Part shown: piece by piece, positions 1-12,250 of the stretch | Layout of the letters: each line of letters opens with the position of its first letter | Position numbering within the stretch: position 1 is the first letter of the stretch | Origin: Phoronis australis | Lineage: Eukaryota; Animalia; Phoronida | Assembly (NCBI GenBank): GCA_002633005.1 | Contig: NMRA01000006.1 | Coordinates: forward strand, 1,043,697 to 1,107,696 | Reading direction: 5' to 3' | DNA: 64,000 nucleotides | Position numbers and translations under genes: made by a program | The notes under the pieces: model-generated | Database searches by the model: none | What the model saw: the letters and a program-made list of their open reading frames with translations, nothing else | What the model was told of the DNA's origin: nothing

Positions 1-51
1 TGGGTGTGGGTGTGGGTGGGTGGGTGTGGGTGTGTGTGTGTGTGTGTGTGT
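1..51. repeat. (TG)n/(TGGG)n microsatellite
   Basis: Directly visible tgggtg/tgtg run at the window start. Confidence 0.95.
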
Positions 52-1562
52 AGATCATAGATAATGTGCAATGCATTCTTGAAAGGGTACATTGTTACTG
101 ACATTACACTTTTGCATGAATTTCCTGTGACAACATTTCCACTGCTATTATTGGCACTGGGTAAATATTAAGTTTCCTCTGAATTTCAGTTAGTTGTCCT
201 TCATGGTCTTAAATATCTGTAAGCTACTAATATTTAAAAAAAATTTCTAACACTCATCAGCATTGCTATTAGTGATGTCAAGCTAGTGTTGAAATTAAAG
301 ACACCAAGTCTTTATGACATCACACTTACCCAATGATTACCAAGAAAATTTGTTGATTATTGACTGACAATACTGATACTTACCTGCTCCAGCGAGGTAC
401 TTCTTTGGTGCTGTTTGATACAAGTGTGAGTTAGCACAGCCCTAATATGCCTGAATATTTAATACCAACTGTTAGTGTATAGGAGAAGTGGTACCGCAAT
501 AAACAGGTTACTTTGGCATGTAGCAGGCAACAATAAAGTTGTGCTATGCAATCCAAGTTGACCAAATGAAAACCAGGACCCATTTTATACACGTTCGTAA
601 GTCCAGTCTTAGCTAAGACATTTGTAAATAATTTTAATTTGTAGTTGCTTGTTGCTTATTGATAATACAAACCCCAGATATCCAAATGGACTCTCAGTTT
701 GGAAGAGCAAAATGCTGAGAAATCGAAATGTGTGCTAATTAAAATATAGCCTGTTGTAAAGTGGATAATGATATCAAGAATTGCAGACATTCAGAGTAAT
801 TATTAGAAAAGAGTAAAACGTGGTTCATTTCCAAAATTTGATTTGGCTAAAATGTTTCAACAATGACAATGTTATCCAAAAATTCATACTTCAGGCTTTG
901 TGATTTTCTAACTCATTTCTTCCATATTATGGTCATACAACCAATCACTGTTAATTCAGTTGAACTTCCATGTCATTTCAGCACCATTTCTTATAATAAT
1001 AAGCAAACTGAAATGCTTTGCCTCACGAACACATCTTTTATCTGTTAAATATCACTCATATGATTTAATTGTTACTCGGGTGTCGTCTTTCCAATCTAAG
1101 TAGCTGTAAACCCCCATTCCATTAAAGAAAGTTACATTTGATTTAGACAACTTACCGCAATAAAACTGATCTCGGCATGTTCCTTGCTCACAGAAAAGTA
1201 GTTGCAGGACACAGGAAAACTGACAATTTACCATTGTCTGCAACCACGTTGATTACATAAAATGATCCACAACAGGCAACCAGTATAGTCTGGTCTTAAG
1301 CAATTATGTTGAACTGTCAGTTAAGAAATCACCTTTAAATTCACTACGGAACAGCTTATGAACCTGGTTTCATAATGATAAGTGGTCTGAATCAAAAGCT
1401 AGTTATTTATGATGGACTAAAACGTACACAGCATGAACAACAATTTCCCAAAGTTAAACATGTCAGTATTACAAATACACTTATTAATCAAAAATAAAAC
1501 AATTCAAAACAATAATTCTAATTCCAAAGCACATTCTCACTTTACAGATGTTATGAAAAATA

Positions 1563-2975
1563 ATGCCATTGGGAACAAGGTCAAAGTTGAACTTAGTAAG
1601 GAGGGAAGACTTTGTGATACCAGTCAAGAAAAGAAAGACTATTAAAGAAATCTGTAAAGACCAGGCTCACACAAGCAAGTTTGCATTTGTACATGATGGC
1701 CACCCAAATGACTTTGCAATGAGCCAGTGGCCCATTGGTATCTACACCTATTTTTTCTACCGTCTTTGCCTGGTTATTTTCTTCTTTGTCGGCATTATAA
1801 TTGAGATTTCTCACAGTGCAAAACATGGCGGACTTCAGGCAAAGTGGCTGATTGAAGTATACAACTGGGATGTCATCCTCTTACTAACATATGTTGCAGT
1901 TGCATTGGCCATAAATATTAAATTTCAAACAACCAGGACAAATATAAGGCCGATAAAAGGAATCCCAACTCAATGTCACCTAACCTACTATGACTCTAAT
2001 GCAACCTCTCTTGGTTTCCAAGACGATAGGATGTCAATATCCAGGATTGAAGAAGAGCAAAGCCAGGATAATACACCAGAAGTCGAGACGACCTCCATAC
2101 AGTGTGACAAATCAGCCAAGTCAAAGACACAAGCAACATCCAATTCAGGCTCAGAAGAAAGTGAGAAGACAGTCAAGACCCGCAAGGAAATATCTGAAGT
2201 CACCTTTGTGCAAGGTGACATTGGGCTTCCACCTGAGCCTGAATGCAAGACAAGCAAAGTATCAAGAACGTCTATTCTAAAGCCTATGACCAGTAATGTA
2301 AGCAATAAGGTCATGAATAAGGCAGAGACCAAGCTGAACAAAAAGGAATCACCTGAAGACTCAATACATCGAGGCTCAATTTCTAGTAACAAACGCAAAT
2401 ACTCCTATCCTGTAACCTGCCTTGTCGGTACGCCAAGTGAAATACGACCAATAAGCTGGGCAACTTCAGGTGGCACAGACATAATGAGAGTGCCTCTGAA
2501 ACCACTGCCATGGTACATCAAATTACATTGGCTATTGTTCAGCATTAGTGCCAACTCTGCCCTCATGAACACATTCTTACATTGGACAGTGTTCACAGCA
2601 GAGCACAACCATGGAGACAGGATACATGTGGATTTTTTTAAACACATCATGAACGCCATCGTAATGACTGTCGACATCATTCTCGTTAACTTTCCACTCA
2701 ATTATCTTCATTTTTGGCATACAACAGTCTACTTTTCCTGCTACGGAATATTTGCTGCCACCTACTCTCTTGTTGGAGGCAGTGATGCCTACATCAATGA
2801 ATACCTAAACTTTAATGACAGTGCCTTCCTGTCAATCATCTACATACTGGTGTTTGTGTTTCTATTTGTACCAACTGTGCAGTTGTTCTGCTTTTCCATG
2901 TACATAGTACGAATGGTTTTGTACAAACTATACAGAGAGAGAACAGATAAAAGTAAGCCTTCCGTCACGTCATAA
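1563..2975 (+). CDS. Rolling stone (Rost)-family multi-pass membrane protein, single exon, 470 aa, with a long hydrophilic loop
   Basis: Open ORF with Rost-like motifs: DFAMSQW...FFYRLCLVIFF, KWLIEVYNW, LPWYIKLHWLLFSIS, HIMNAIVMTVDIILVNFPLNYLHF, YGIFAATY, YINEYLNF. About 6 hydrophobic segments. Lies opposite the Grx-DEP-DUF547 gene, downstream of its exon 9 donor. Confidence 0.8.
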   Translation: MPLGTRSKLNLVRREDFVIPVKKRKTIKEICKDQAHTSKFAFVHDGHPNDFAMSQWPIGIYTYFFYRLCLVIFFFVGIIIEISHSAKHGGLQAKWLIEVYNWDVILLLTYVAVALAINIKFQTTRTNIRPIKGIPTQCHLTYYDSNATSLGFQDDRMSISRIEEEQSQDNTPEVETTSIQCDKSAKSKTQATSNSGSEESEKTVKTRKEISEVTFVQGDIGLPPEPECKTSKVSRTSILKPMTSNVSNKVMNKAETKLNKKESPEDSIHRGSISSNKRKYSYPVTCLVGTPSEIRPISWATSGGTDIMRVPLKPLPWYIKLHWLLFSISANSALMNTFLHWTVFTAEHNHGDRIHVDFFKHIMNAIVMTVDIILVNFPLNYLHFWHTTVYFSCYGIFAATYSLVGGSDAYINEYLNFNDSAFLSIIYILVFVFLFVPTVQLFCFSMYIVRMVLYKLYRERTDKSKPSVTS

Positions 2976-3068
2976 CTAAATGAAGAGCTATGTATGTATG
3001 GGCCCATTGCATTCTGACAAAAATCAAGATGTCAATTGAAGTGACACAAAACATGGAGTGACAAATAC

Positions 3069-3209
3069 CTCGGCATTATTGGACCCGAAATCTTCCCTGT
3101 ACCATTTGAGTATTTGCGACAGTTTGACTTCCCGTTTAGGCAAATCCACTTCACAGCCAGAACCTTCAAGGAATGACTCAGCAGCCAGCTTAAGCTGATC
3201 GTAAATACC
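3069..3209 (-). CDS. Grx-DEP-DUF547 protein, exon 9 (GIYDQLKLAAESFL...KLSQILKWYREDFGSNNAE)
   Basis: TTTGCAG acceptor and GAG|GTATTT donor; 141 nt, phase 0/0; DUF547-type C-terminal motif LSxILKWYxxDFG. Confidence 0.85.
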
Positions 3210-4069
3210 CTGCAAAAAAGTAATTTATCTTAAAACAACATTTTTTATCACTAATCTTTGTTACATAGGGTTTGTTGAGAAGAATTTGTGATACTTTCAA
3301 TGTAGGTACGGGTTCGTTTGTGTGTTCTAGTCCAAGTTAAATTTGTCTGTAAGAAACAGCAAAATTCAATTAAAAACTGCCACCAAAAGATGAATTGGTT
3401 TCTTTACTTAATACACCAGCATTTACAGGGCTCGGTACTTAGCATAAAATCAACTTGCCAAAAGCAACCTGGCAAAATTCACAGGATGTTAAATAGAAAC
3501 TGCAGAGGTCACCAAAACAAGCAAAGCCTGTATGGCGTTTTCTAGTCAAAAGGAAAATTAGGGGTGCCTGCTTGCTAACCACCAATTTCCCCCACAAACC
3601 CAACATCCCACACAAGCTCATCTCCTAATAAGGCAGGAGCAGACGATCGTCACATGTTATATGTTCATGACTCAAAAACGAGCTGTTCAGATTTTTGCCA
3701 AGTTTCTCCCGTCTGTTTACTCCCTGTAGAGAGTGTGGCAACTTCATGGCAACTTGAGATTTTTACCAGGATGCCAAACAAAATTTGAGGTTGCCAAATC
3801 GAGCCCAGATTTAATATTTTTGTTGTCTAAAGGAAAGTACTCAATCACACAGCACTACTACAGCTAATGAGAATTTGTCGAGCTCAAACCAGTAATGAAG
3901 AATGAATATCTAGCGAACTCTTTTTAATTTCTGGAGAAACTGAATACAAAATAAGATAGTAATAAGCACCATTGCTAAGTAAAATTTAAAGATATTAATA
4001 TTGTGCTCAAAAGTCAAACCACTGTCTAGTGTTTACAAAAACTTTGACAGTAATACTTTGATCATTTTC

Positions 4070-4459
4070 TACCATTACTGCTACTGCTACTGCTACAACA
4101 GGTATTGACTACTATCATTACTACTGCTGGTATTGACTACTACTACTATTACTGTTATCACTACTATTACCACTACTGCTGCTGCTACAACTACTACAAC
4201 TACTACTATTACCACTACTACTACTGCTACTACTGCTGCTATTGCTATTGGCTACTACTGCCGCTGCCACTGCCGCTACCGCTACTACTACTGCTACTAC
4301 TGCTACTAAATACTATTACTGCTGCTTCTGCTGTTACTGCTGCTACTACTGCTACAACTGCTACTACTACTGCTACTACTGCTACTAATACTATTACTGC
4401 TACTACTACTACTATTACTGCTGCTTCTGCTGTTGCTGCTGCTGCTACTGCTGCTATTG

Positions 4460-4506
<47 letters not shown>

Positions 4507-4590
4507 TGCTGCTACTACTATTGCTGCTGCTACTACTATTACTGCTGCTTCTGCTGCTGCTGCTACTACTACTGCTATTGACTACTACTG

Positions 4591-4631
<41 letters not shown>

Positions 4632-4655
4632 ACTACTGTTACTACTACTACTAAT
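4070..4655. repeat. Compound trinucleotide microsatellite (CTA/CTG/TAT)n
   Basis: About 580 bp of ctactg/ctgctg/tactac runs; explains the poly-T/A/Y/C/L ORFs in the track. Confidence 0.95.
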
Positions 4656-5719
4656 GAAATTACAGCAATAATAGTATCAATTCCAACAACTGCACTAAGT
4701 TGAGGTGTTTTGCAATAAATATTAAAATAAAAGCTCTGTCTTATGTGCTATAGAGTGATCTCAAAAGTGATGAATTCATTGCGAAACGAAAACAAATCTA
4801 AGCAAGGTAGCAGACAAGGGTGATCACTATGACTGAGTCATCGGAAAAGGTTCTCAGCACTTGACGAATATCTTTGCATTCGACTTTACAGTGGTAATGC
4901 CAAACTGCACAGTGAACTTAATATTCTTTACCACTTTCAACAAAGAAGGAAACAATGAATTGAGATAATGATTTTACAACACAACAAAGGACCCTAGGCC
5001 TACTAGGTAGGCTTACAAGTTGAACATTTTTGACCAATGACAATGAACAAAGTCATGAAGATTCCTTGGCCAGCTTTAAGTGTCCAGTAGACTGTAAATC
5101 CTGTCGTATTGGATCTTTCATTCACTCAAAAGATTTAGTACCCACTGCAACTTCATCATTTTTGCTTTTAGGTCAACCATAAAGCTTAAGATAGAAGCCA
5201 GGCATTTAATTTCAGTCATGCTCTACAGACTGCAACCTGACATTTAATAATTTCTGCGAACCTTTAGTATTCCCCAGTTTTGTTGGAAAATTGGCCTCTA
5301 TTAGCAGTTTAGCAATACGTCAGAGTCTCACTTTTCAACTTCACCTGAGTAAATTTAAACAACAATGGAATGAGTAACTCTACATTATTTTTTCTATGTT
5401 CCTATACATCTAAATATGTAACTAATGAATTATAACCTATTACCGAATTTAGTCATTTACTAAATGAGACCACGGAATACCTGAGGACCCAGACTTGATT
5501 TGCAGACTATGGTTGCCTGACCCAATAAGATATCAATACATTATGCTGTGTATGAACTTATAAACACTATATTTGAATCTTTTGTTCAAGTTGTTCCATG
5601 AGCTACTGAACATTTTTTGATACACTCTTCAAAGAAACCAAAAGTGAAATCACTAAAGTATGTACTTACAAAAAATTGCCATTATGCGCTACCTGTGATC
5701 AACTGACACAAGAACTCAC

Positions 5720-5853
5720 CTCAGCAGAATATGTCTTGATGGGTGGACAACTTTTCGCGCCGCAGACGAGAGCAAAATGAATAAGGGGCTCGGGCTGACT
5801 TAAAGCAACATTCAGACGAGGATCGTTCTTTCCGAAAGGTTTGGTGATCATTC
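5720..5853 (-). CDS. Grx-DEP-DUF547 protein, exon 8 (MITKPFGKNDPRLNVALSQPEPLIHFALVCGAKSCPPIKTYSAE)
   Basis: TTTACAG acceptor and GAG|GTGAGT donor; 134 nt, phase 1/0; hallmark DUF547 motif IHFALVCGAKSCP. Not in the ORF track. Confidence 0.9.
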
Positions 5854-6501
5854 CTGTAAATCATATGCAGCACACTAAAGACATTACATTGTCAAATTGG
5901 TAAACATTGCCTGTGAGTGGAGTCAGTAACAAAAGTAGAATTCTTTTGTTTTTTAACCACTTAAAGAGGGTACAATGAAGTTTTTAAGTACATGTCTACA
6001 GGACGTAAAATTAAAATTATAAAATTTATACAAACCTAAGACCTCTCTTTTGCATAAACTATCCAGAATGGTAGATTATCTGAAATTTGTTTTACGATAG
6101 CAAAAGCAGCAACAATTACTTTTTAAAAAATACCGCAGAAATAGAAACCAAAATGGATTCATGTTAGTCAGAATAATACAGAACTTGGAAAGGTCCAAGT
6201 TATCAGTAATATAGTGATCCGGATATTACAGGATCTAGAGCGATGGCAATCTTAATTCAGATGGATACCGGGTGATAAGACACTTGTACCATAATGCCAG
6301 TCTAAGGACAGGCAATAAAAATACATATTATAAGTGAAAAGAAGTAATGGAAAAAAGACAGTCGTAGAGATGGTTGCTAAAGGCAATGGGCAATGGAGCA
6401 GTTTTGCCTGACGTGTAACCTATCACTTCTCTTCCAAACAATCTCAACTCAATGGATATCACAATGAAGCCGCACTTCGCCATGTTTAGCTGGCTAAAAA
6501 A

Positions 6502-8951
6502 AACAAGAGCAACGCAGAGTGTTGAAATGCGCCCAGAATTGCACCACATACGGTATCCTTCTAGGGTTGTTTATTGGTACCATAAAGTGGCCCGTAGAGG
6601 GCATATATGTAGTATGTTGTACTTTGCAAAATGGAAAGGCATGGTCATTGTCTTCTCAATAGGCTAGGGGCAAAATGTGAGTAATCTTCATAATACAAGC
6701 ACATCCTATACACCAGTTGCTTAAAGCACCACAGAAACATAGAATTAAAAACACATTTACCAACATACGAGATTAGCACAGCATTAGAATGCCAGAAACA
6801 AATTTCTACTTGGAACTTTTCCTTCATAGTCACGAAGTAACACAAAGTATACACCTGAAGACCTATGAAAATACAGAGATCAATGTAAAATACTAAAATT
6901 GCCACTAGAGGCAAATACTAAAATTGCCACTAGAGGCATACCGGTAGTCAGAATCATCCTAAAGTCGTCATCGTCCGTTGTCAACATCACATAAATACAC
7001 TTGCTAAATTTAGTAAAGATCCTGCAAACGGTTTGGGAGATACAGCCATGGGCGCAAAAAAACAAAACTGCCACTAGGAGGCGCCACAGTAGTCCAAATC
7101 GTCTGAAAATCATTGTCAGCTGTCTTCCTTATAGTAAGCACATACACGCCAATTTTCACAATCATCCTTTGAGCGGTTTGGTTGATAGAGGGGTGGACGC
7201 AAAAATACAGACTCGAAAACAGTAAAAATGGCCACTAGGTGGCGCAAACTACGTCGAATCCATCTGAAAACAGTAGGATAGCGTCATCTCACTAATAGGT
7301 GCCTACATACCAAATTTCATGAAAATCCGTTCAATACTTTTGAAGATACAAAGGTAAGCGTAAAAAACTAAAATTGCCACTAGGGGGCACACCGGTAGTC
7401 GGATCCGACCAAAAGTCGTCATCTTCCGTTGTTAACATCATATAAATATACTTACACAATTTGTAAAGATCCTGCGAACGGTTTAGGAGATACAGCCATA
7501 GGCGCAAAAAAACAAAACTGCCACTAGGAGGCGCCACAGTAGTCGAAATCGTCGGAAAATCATCGTCAACCATCCTCTACATAGTAAGCATATACATGCC
7601 AATTTTCACAATCATCCTTTGAGCGGTTTGGTTGATAGAGGGGTGGACGCACAAAAACAGACTCGAAAACACTAAAAATGGCCACTAGGTGGCGCAAACT
7701 ATGTCGAATCCATCTGAAAACGGGAGGATAGCGTCATCTCACTAATAGGTGCCTACATACCAAATTTCATGAAAATCCAATAAGGACTTGTGAAGATACA
7801 AAGGTAAGCGTAAAAAAATTAAAATTGCCACTAGGGGGCACACCGGTAGTCGGATCCGTCCAAAAGTCGTCATCTTCCGTTGTTAACATCATATAAATAT
7901 ACTTACACAATTTCGTAAAGATCCTGCGAACGGTTTAGGAGATACAGCCATAGGCGCAAAAAAACAAAACTGCCACTAGGAGGCGCCACAGTAGTCGAAA
8001 TCGTCGGAAAATCATCGTCAACCGTCCTCTACATAGTAAGCATATACATGCCAATTTTCACAATCATCCTTTGAGCGGTTTGGTTGATAGAGGGGTGGAC
8101 GCACAAAAACAGACTCGAAAACACTAAAAATGGCCACTAGGTGGCGCAAACTATGTCGAATCCATCTGAAAACGGGAGGATAGCGTCATCTCACTAATAG
8201 GTGCCTACATACCAAATTTCATGAAAATCCAATAAGGACTTGTGAAGATACAAAGGTAAGCGTAAAAAAATTAAAATTGCCACTAGGGGGCACACCGGTA
8301 GTCGGATCCGTCCAAAAGTCGTCATCTTCCGTTGTTAACATCATATAAATATACTTACACAATTTCGTAAAGATCCTGCGAACGGTTTAGGAGATACAGC
8401 CATAGGCGCAAAAAAAAAAAAACTGCCACTAGGAGGCGCCACAGTAGTCGAAATCGTCGGAAAATCATCGTCAACCGTCCTCTACATAGTAAGCACATAC
8501 ATGCCAATTTTCACAATCATCCTTTGAGCGGTTTGGTTGATAGAGGGGTGGAAGCACAAAAACAGACTCGAAAACAGTAAAAATGGCCACTAGGTGGCGC
8601 AAACTATGTCGAATCCATCCGAAAACGGCAGGATAGCGTCATCTCACTACTAGGTGCCTACATACCAAATTTCATGAAAATCCGTTCAGGACTTTTGAAG
8701 ATACAAAGGTAAGCGTAAAAAACTAAAATTGCCACTAGGGGGCACACCGGTAGTCGGATCCGTCCGAAAGTTCGCACATGCCGTCCCATTCATGAATGGA
8801 ACATATGTGCCAAATTTCATGAACGTATGTCAAAGGGTTTTGGAGATAGAGCAGCGGACGCCGGACGGACGCCGCCCGGACGGACGGACGGACGGACGGA
8901 CAGAGATGACGGCATAATGCGTCCAGATATAAATATGTGGGCGCATAAAAA
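6502..8951 (+). mobile_element. Non-autonomous Helentron/HINE (pearl/DINE-1-like) element with internal tandem higher-order repeat
   Basis: Starts AACAAGAGC...ATGCGCCCA and ends with a (GGAC)n microsatellite plus the hairpin ATGCGTCCA...TGGGCGCAT-AAAAA. Subterminal inverted repeat ATGCGCCCA/TGGGCGCAT; sits in A-runs. Internal unit of about 452 bp repeated about 4 times (GAAGATACAAAGG at 7342, 7792, 8244, 8697). Confidence 0.75.
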
Positions 8952-9311
8952 CTGAACTATAGGCCTTTTATGTTAAAAAAATCAATCTTGTAGTATTACC
9001 TACTGTAACACGATTCCATTTCCATAACCAACTCAAGTCGCAGGCAATGCATACAAGTGCCCTTTTCGAAATTGCAATTTTAGGGATCAAAACCCTAATA
9101 AACTCTGAAACATTTTCTTGAGTAGCTCATACTTTCCATGCTGTTGTTGTTAATGGAGATGAAACTCTATGATTGAAAATGTTATTATGAGACTGACTTT
9201 ATGATAGTAAAAGGCTGAATTCAATTTCATTTTTAGCCAGTCTTCTAACAGGGTGAAATCCAGCTCTAATACGAATTAAACAAGAATCTATGTGACATGC
9301 TTCAAAACAAT

Positions 9312-9581
9312 GAGACGTGCAACAGTACATTACCATAGCCTATCCTGTTGGTTCAGAGACGTGCAACAATACATTACCCTAGCCTATCCTGTTGGCTCTA
9401 AGAAGTGCACTACAGTACATTGCCCTAGCCTATCCTGTTGGTTCAGAGACGTGCAACAATACATTACAATAGCACATCCTATTGGCTCTGAGAAGTGCAA
9501 TAGTACATTACCCTAGCCTATCCTGTTGGTTCAGAGACGTGCAACAATACATTACCCTGGCCTATCCTGTTGGCTCTGAGA
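9312..9581. repeat. 44-bp minisatellite x6 derived from the exon 7 3' end and its splice donor
   Basis: Units start near 9312, 9356, 9400, 9446, 9490 and 9534; the last unit overlaps the real exon end at 9556. Confidence 0.9.
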
Positions 9582-9649
9582 ATGCCATTCTCAATGTCTT
9601 GCAGAGAGTATTCATGGCCGCCGATCAGATAACGCATTGTGTTGAAGAA
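9556..9649 (-). CDS. Grx-DEP-DUF547 protein, exon 7 (FFNTMRYLIGGHEYSLQDIENGILRANRIGQG)
   Basis: TTTCTAG acceptor and G|GTAATG donor; 94 nt, phase 0/1; DUF547 motif IGGxxYSLxDIENGILR. Confidence 0.9.
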
Positions 9650-10744
9650 CTAGAAATAATGAAACCAAACAGATCATAACTTCAATACAAATTTCAAAAA
9701 TAATGTTGAGTAATATATGCATTGGCATAATGTATATGAGAACAAATATGATCAAGGTGAGCGTATTTCCTATGTGCAAACAGTCTTTACATTATAAAAA
9801 AGTTTTTTATACTTTACAATACAACACTTACAAAAACCCACGCATCTCATCAATTACAATTCGAGATCAGTGCACAGTGCCCGGTTGCATGAAACAGTCC
9901 CAAATAGGGACTCAAATAACTTCCCTAAATCTACTGCATATTTTTGGACATATAAAAACATCATTTTGCCCTTTCTTGTATTGTTTTAGCTTCAGTACTA
10001 ATTACTAAACTTATGATTTTGATACAAATCAAGAGTGAACTCTACGTTGAATTGTCAATATTATCGGAAATAATTAGGGATCTTTTCATGCAACACCCCC
10101 AATTTAAGGACTGAGTCCCTATTTATTTTCAATGAACTCTGTGCTCAGTTTTTAATATTATTAGAAAATATCATTAATCAAGGAGAAGCTCATAACAAAG
10201 ATGAAATGATAGAAAAATGTTGCATCTATGGGTCCATAAAGACACAAACACACAAAAAGACTTAGGAACCTTAGTTGAGTCCCCCTTTGGGAGTGTTTCA
10301 TGTAAACGGCCACTGAGCCCCTCCCGATACAACAGTAAAAAGGTGCTGGCATGCCATGTAAAGTTGTTGTTGGAAGTTGTGGTTGAGCTCCCTCACAACA
10401 TCATAGATCCCTAGGTTTAGTGTACCTCTGCCGACAACAAAACAAATATTTCAAAATTCACATGCTCCTAATTTGTTTGAGTACTGTCCTGTGACCACCC
10501 ATCAGAAAACCGTCGGACAGTCAATTCCAACACACTTTATGTTTTAGGTTATTTGCTCAAAATGGACTCTTGAGTTCAGAATACAAGCGAAGGAGCACTG
10601 CTACAGTCAAGACTTGTCAAATTTAACATGTCATCATGTGGGGCACACTAACCACTTCCAAAGGTAAAACCTCCGTGACAGTTTGAAAAATAGCCTTCCA
10701 AGGAGGGCCTGGGGCTCCCTGCAAATCCACCCATGCCAACTCAC

Positions 10745-10942
10745 CTTGTATCTCTGCCACAAACTGGTTGGTGGTCCTCGTTCAACAGTGGCATGTATGA
10801 CTAGAGCGTTGTATATGTTGATGAAAAAGGCTAACTTGACTTCAGTTGAGGCATCCTGTATCCTCACTCTCTGCAGTTGTTGACTAACAGTGACGTAGTC
10901 GGCAAACTCATTACTTTTACCAATGCCATCGTAGTTGACTTT
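10745..10942 (-). CDS. Grx-DEP-DUF547 protein, exon 6 (KVNYDGIGKS...KLAFFINIYNALVIH...WQRYK)
   Basis: TTTGCAG acceptor and AAG|GTGAG donor; 198 nt, phase 0/0; DUF547 motif KLAFFINIYNALVIH. Confidence 0.9.
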
Positions 10943-11825
10943 CTGCAAAGAGTACATTGACCATTAACCTAGTAATAAAACTACAAATTATTATAAAGAT
11001 TATCAAGCCATGATAACATGATAAGCATCGAACATTGCCAAATGTGCTACTCAGAAAGTCTCACTTATTGGTTCACCCTTCCATTAGACAGTAACAGTAA
11101 TTGCATAAATCTACTGTACCCAAATATCCAGATTATTGATACTGCTGTTTTGTTAAGGATGTACCCTTTATTTTTCCTAAATTTAAAAACAGTTAGAAGC
11201 ATGGAAACTGATCAATGACACACTAGTACACCTATACAAAATCCAACACTAAATTCTATGTTTCTAATACTGAACATGCATGTCAGATTTTCACTCAACT
11301 CCAGACAAGTTCCTGGTACAGTTGTTCTAGTTTTGTGCACTCAATCCTTCCACAGATAAAATCTCTTGGTCTGGTTAGAACTGACGTATGGCAGTTTTAC
11401 CTTTACTTAGTTAAGGTCTATAGTTTTCTAAATATATGACAAAATGCACAGACTTACTGATAAAATTATTCATAATCTTAAAAGCAAGACTATTTACGGA
11501 ATGAATAGGGAAAGTGAGCATGATCGTCTTCAAACCTAGAAGCTCCAACCTCAATGTTAAAGGCGAAGGCAACCTTTTTCCATGTCATTTTGAGCTAAAA
11601 TAAGATTGGTTGGTTATCCTAGACATATTTTCCACTTAATTACAGCTTTTCGTAATTTTATTAATTACTCGTCCGCTCTTTCGGAAGTGACGTTTTAGGA
11701 GGCAAGCATTTCGCGCCAATTTCTTTTCCTATAGTCTGACTGTGAGAGCTGCCGAGTCAGTCATTGTTCTACCTCAGTTGTGTTAAGTTCCGTCGTCGTT
11801 TGCTTTCATTTACTAGTCAGTCAAT

Positions 11826-12250
11826 ATGCCACACTGTTGCTGCGTACCAGGATATACTAATTATCGGCTCACGCGCGCTTTGGGAGTACCTTTGCATCGC
11901 TTTCCGATGGATGACACACTTCGCCGTACTTGGCTCGTTCATGTGAAGACCGCAGCGTTACCCGTCCACGCAAAGTACAAAGCAGTGGAGAATTACCGTG
12001 TGTGTGGCAAGCACTTTCTGCCGTCCGATTACGAAAGGGATTTGTACGCTGAACTGATGAAGGTCCCTGCGAAACAACGTCTGAAGAAGGTTGTCATTCC
12101 GTCTATGTTGATTCCCGGCAGTGCCCCGTCGCCACCCTCGAGAAGTGCGTATTTGAAGCGAGAAGCCTCGCGAGCTGTGACCAGTACAGTGACTGGAGCC
12201 AGTGGAGGCAATTCATCTACTGTCACCCGTGCCTCCGAACGTACCCCAGA
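11826..12250 (+). pseudogene. THAP-domain N-terminus of a Kolobok transposase (runs into the gap)
   Basis: MPHCCCVPGY...LHRFPMD..RRTWL...RVCGKHF..SDY...RLKKVVIPSM matches the THAP pattern. The second Zn-ligand Cys is Tyr here but Cys in copy 2. Confidence 0.75.

Noticed and set aside
384-450. Minus-strand AG...GTAAG bounded segment as a possible exon 10 of the DUF547 gene
   Set aside because: In the required phase 0 it reads AY-stop and lacks the YDW-type ending expected for DUF547 proteins; unsupported.
1052-1243. Minus ORF containing YSYLDW as a possible DUF547 last exon
   Set aside because: Only a superficial resemblance; the rest of the peptide does not fit.
4105-4703. Poly-Y/C/T/A/L ORFs
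   Set aside because: Translation of a trinucleotide microsatellite.
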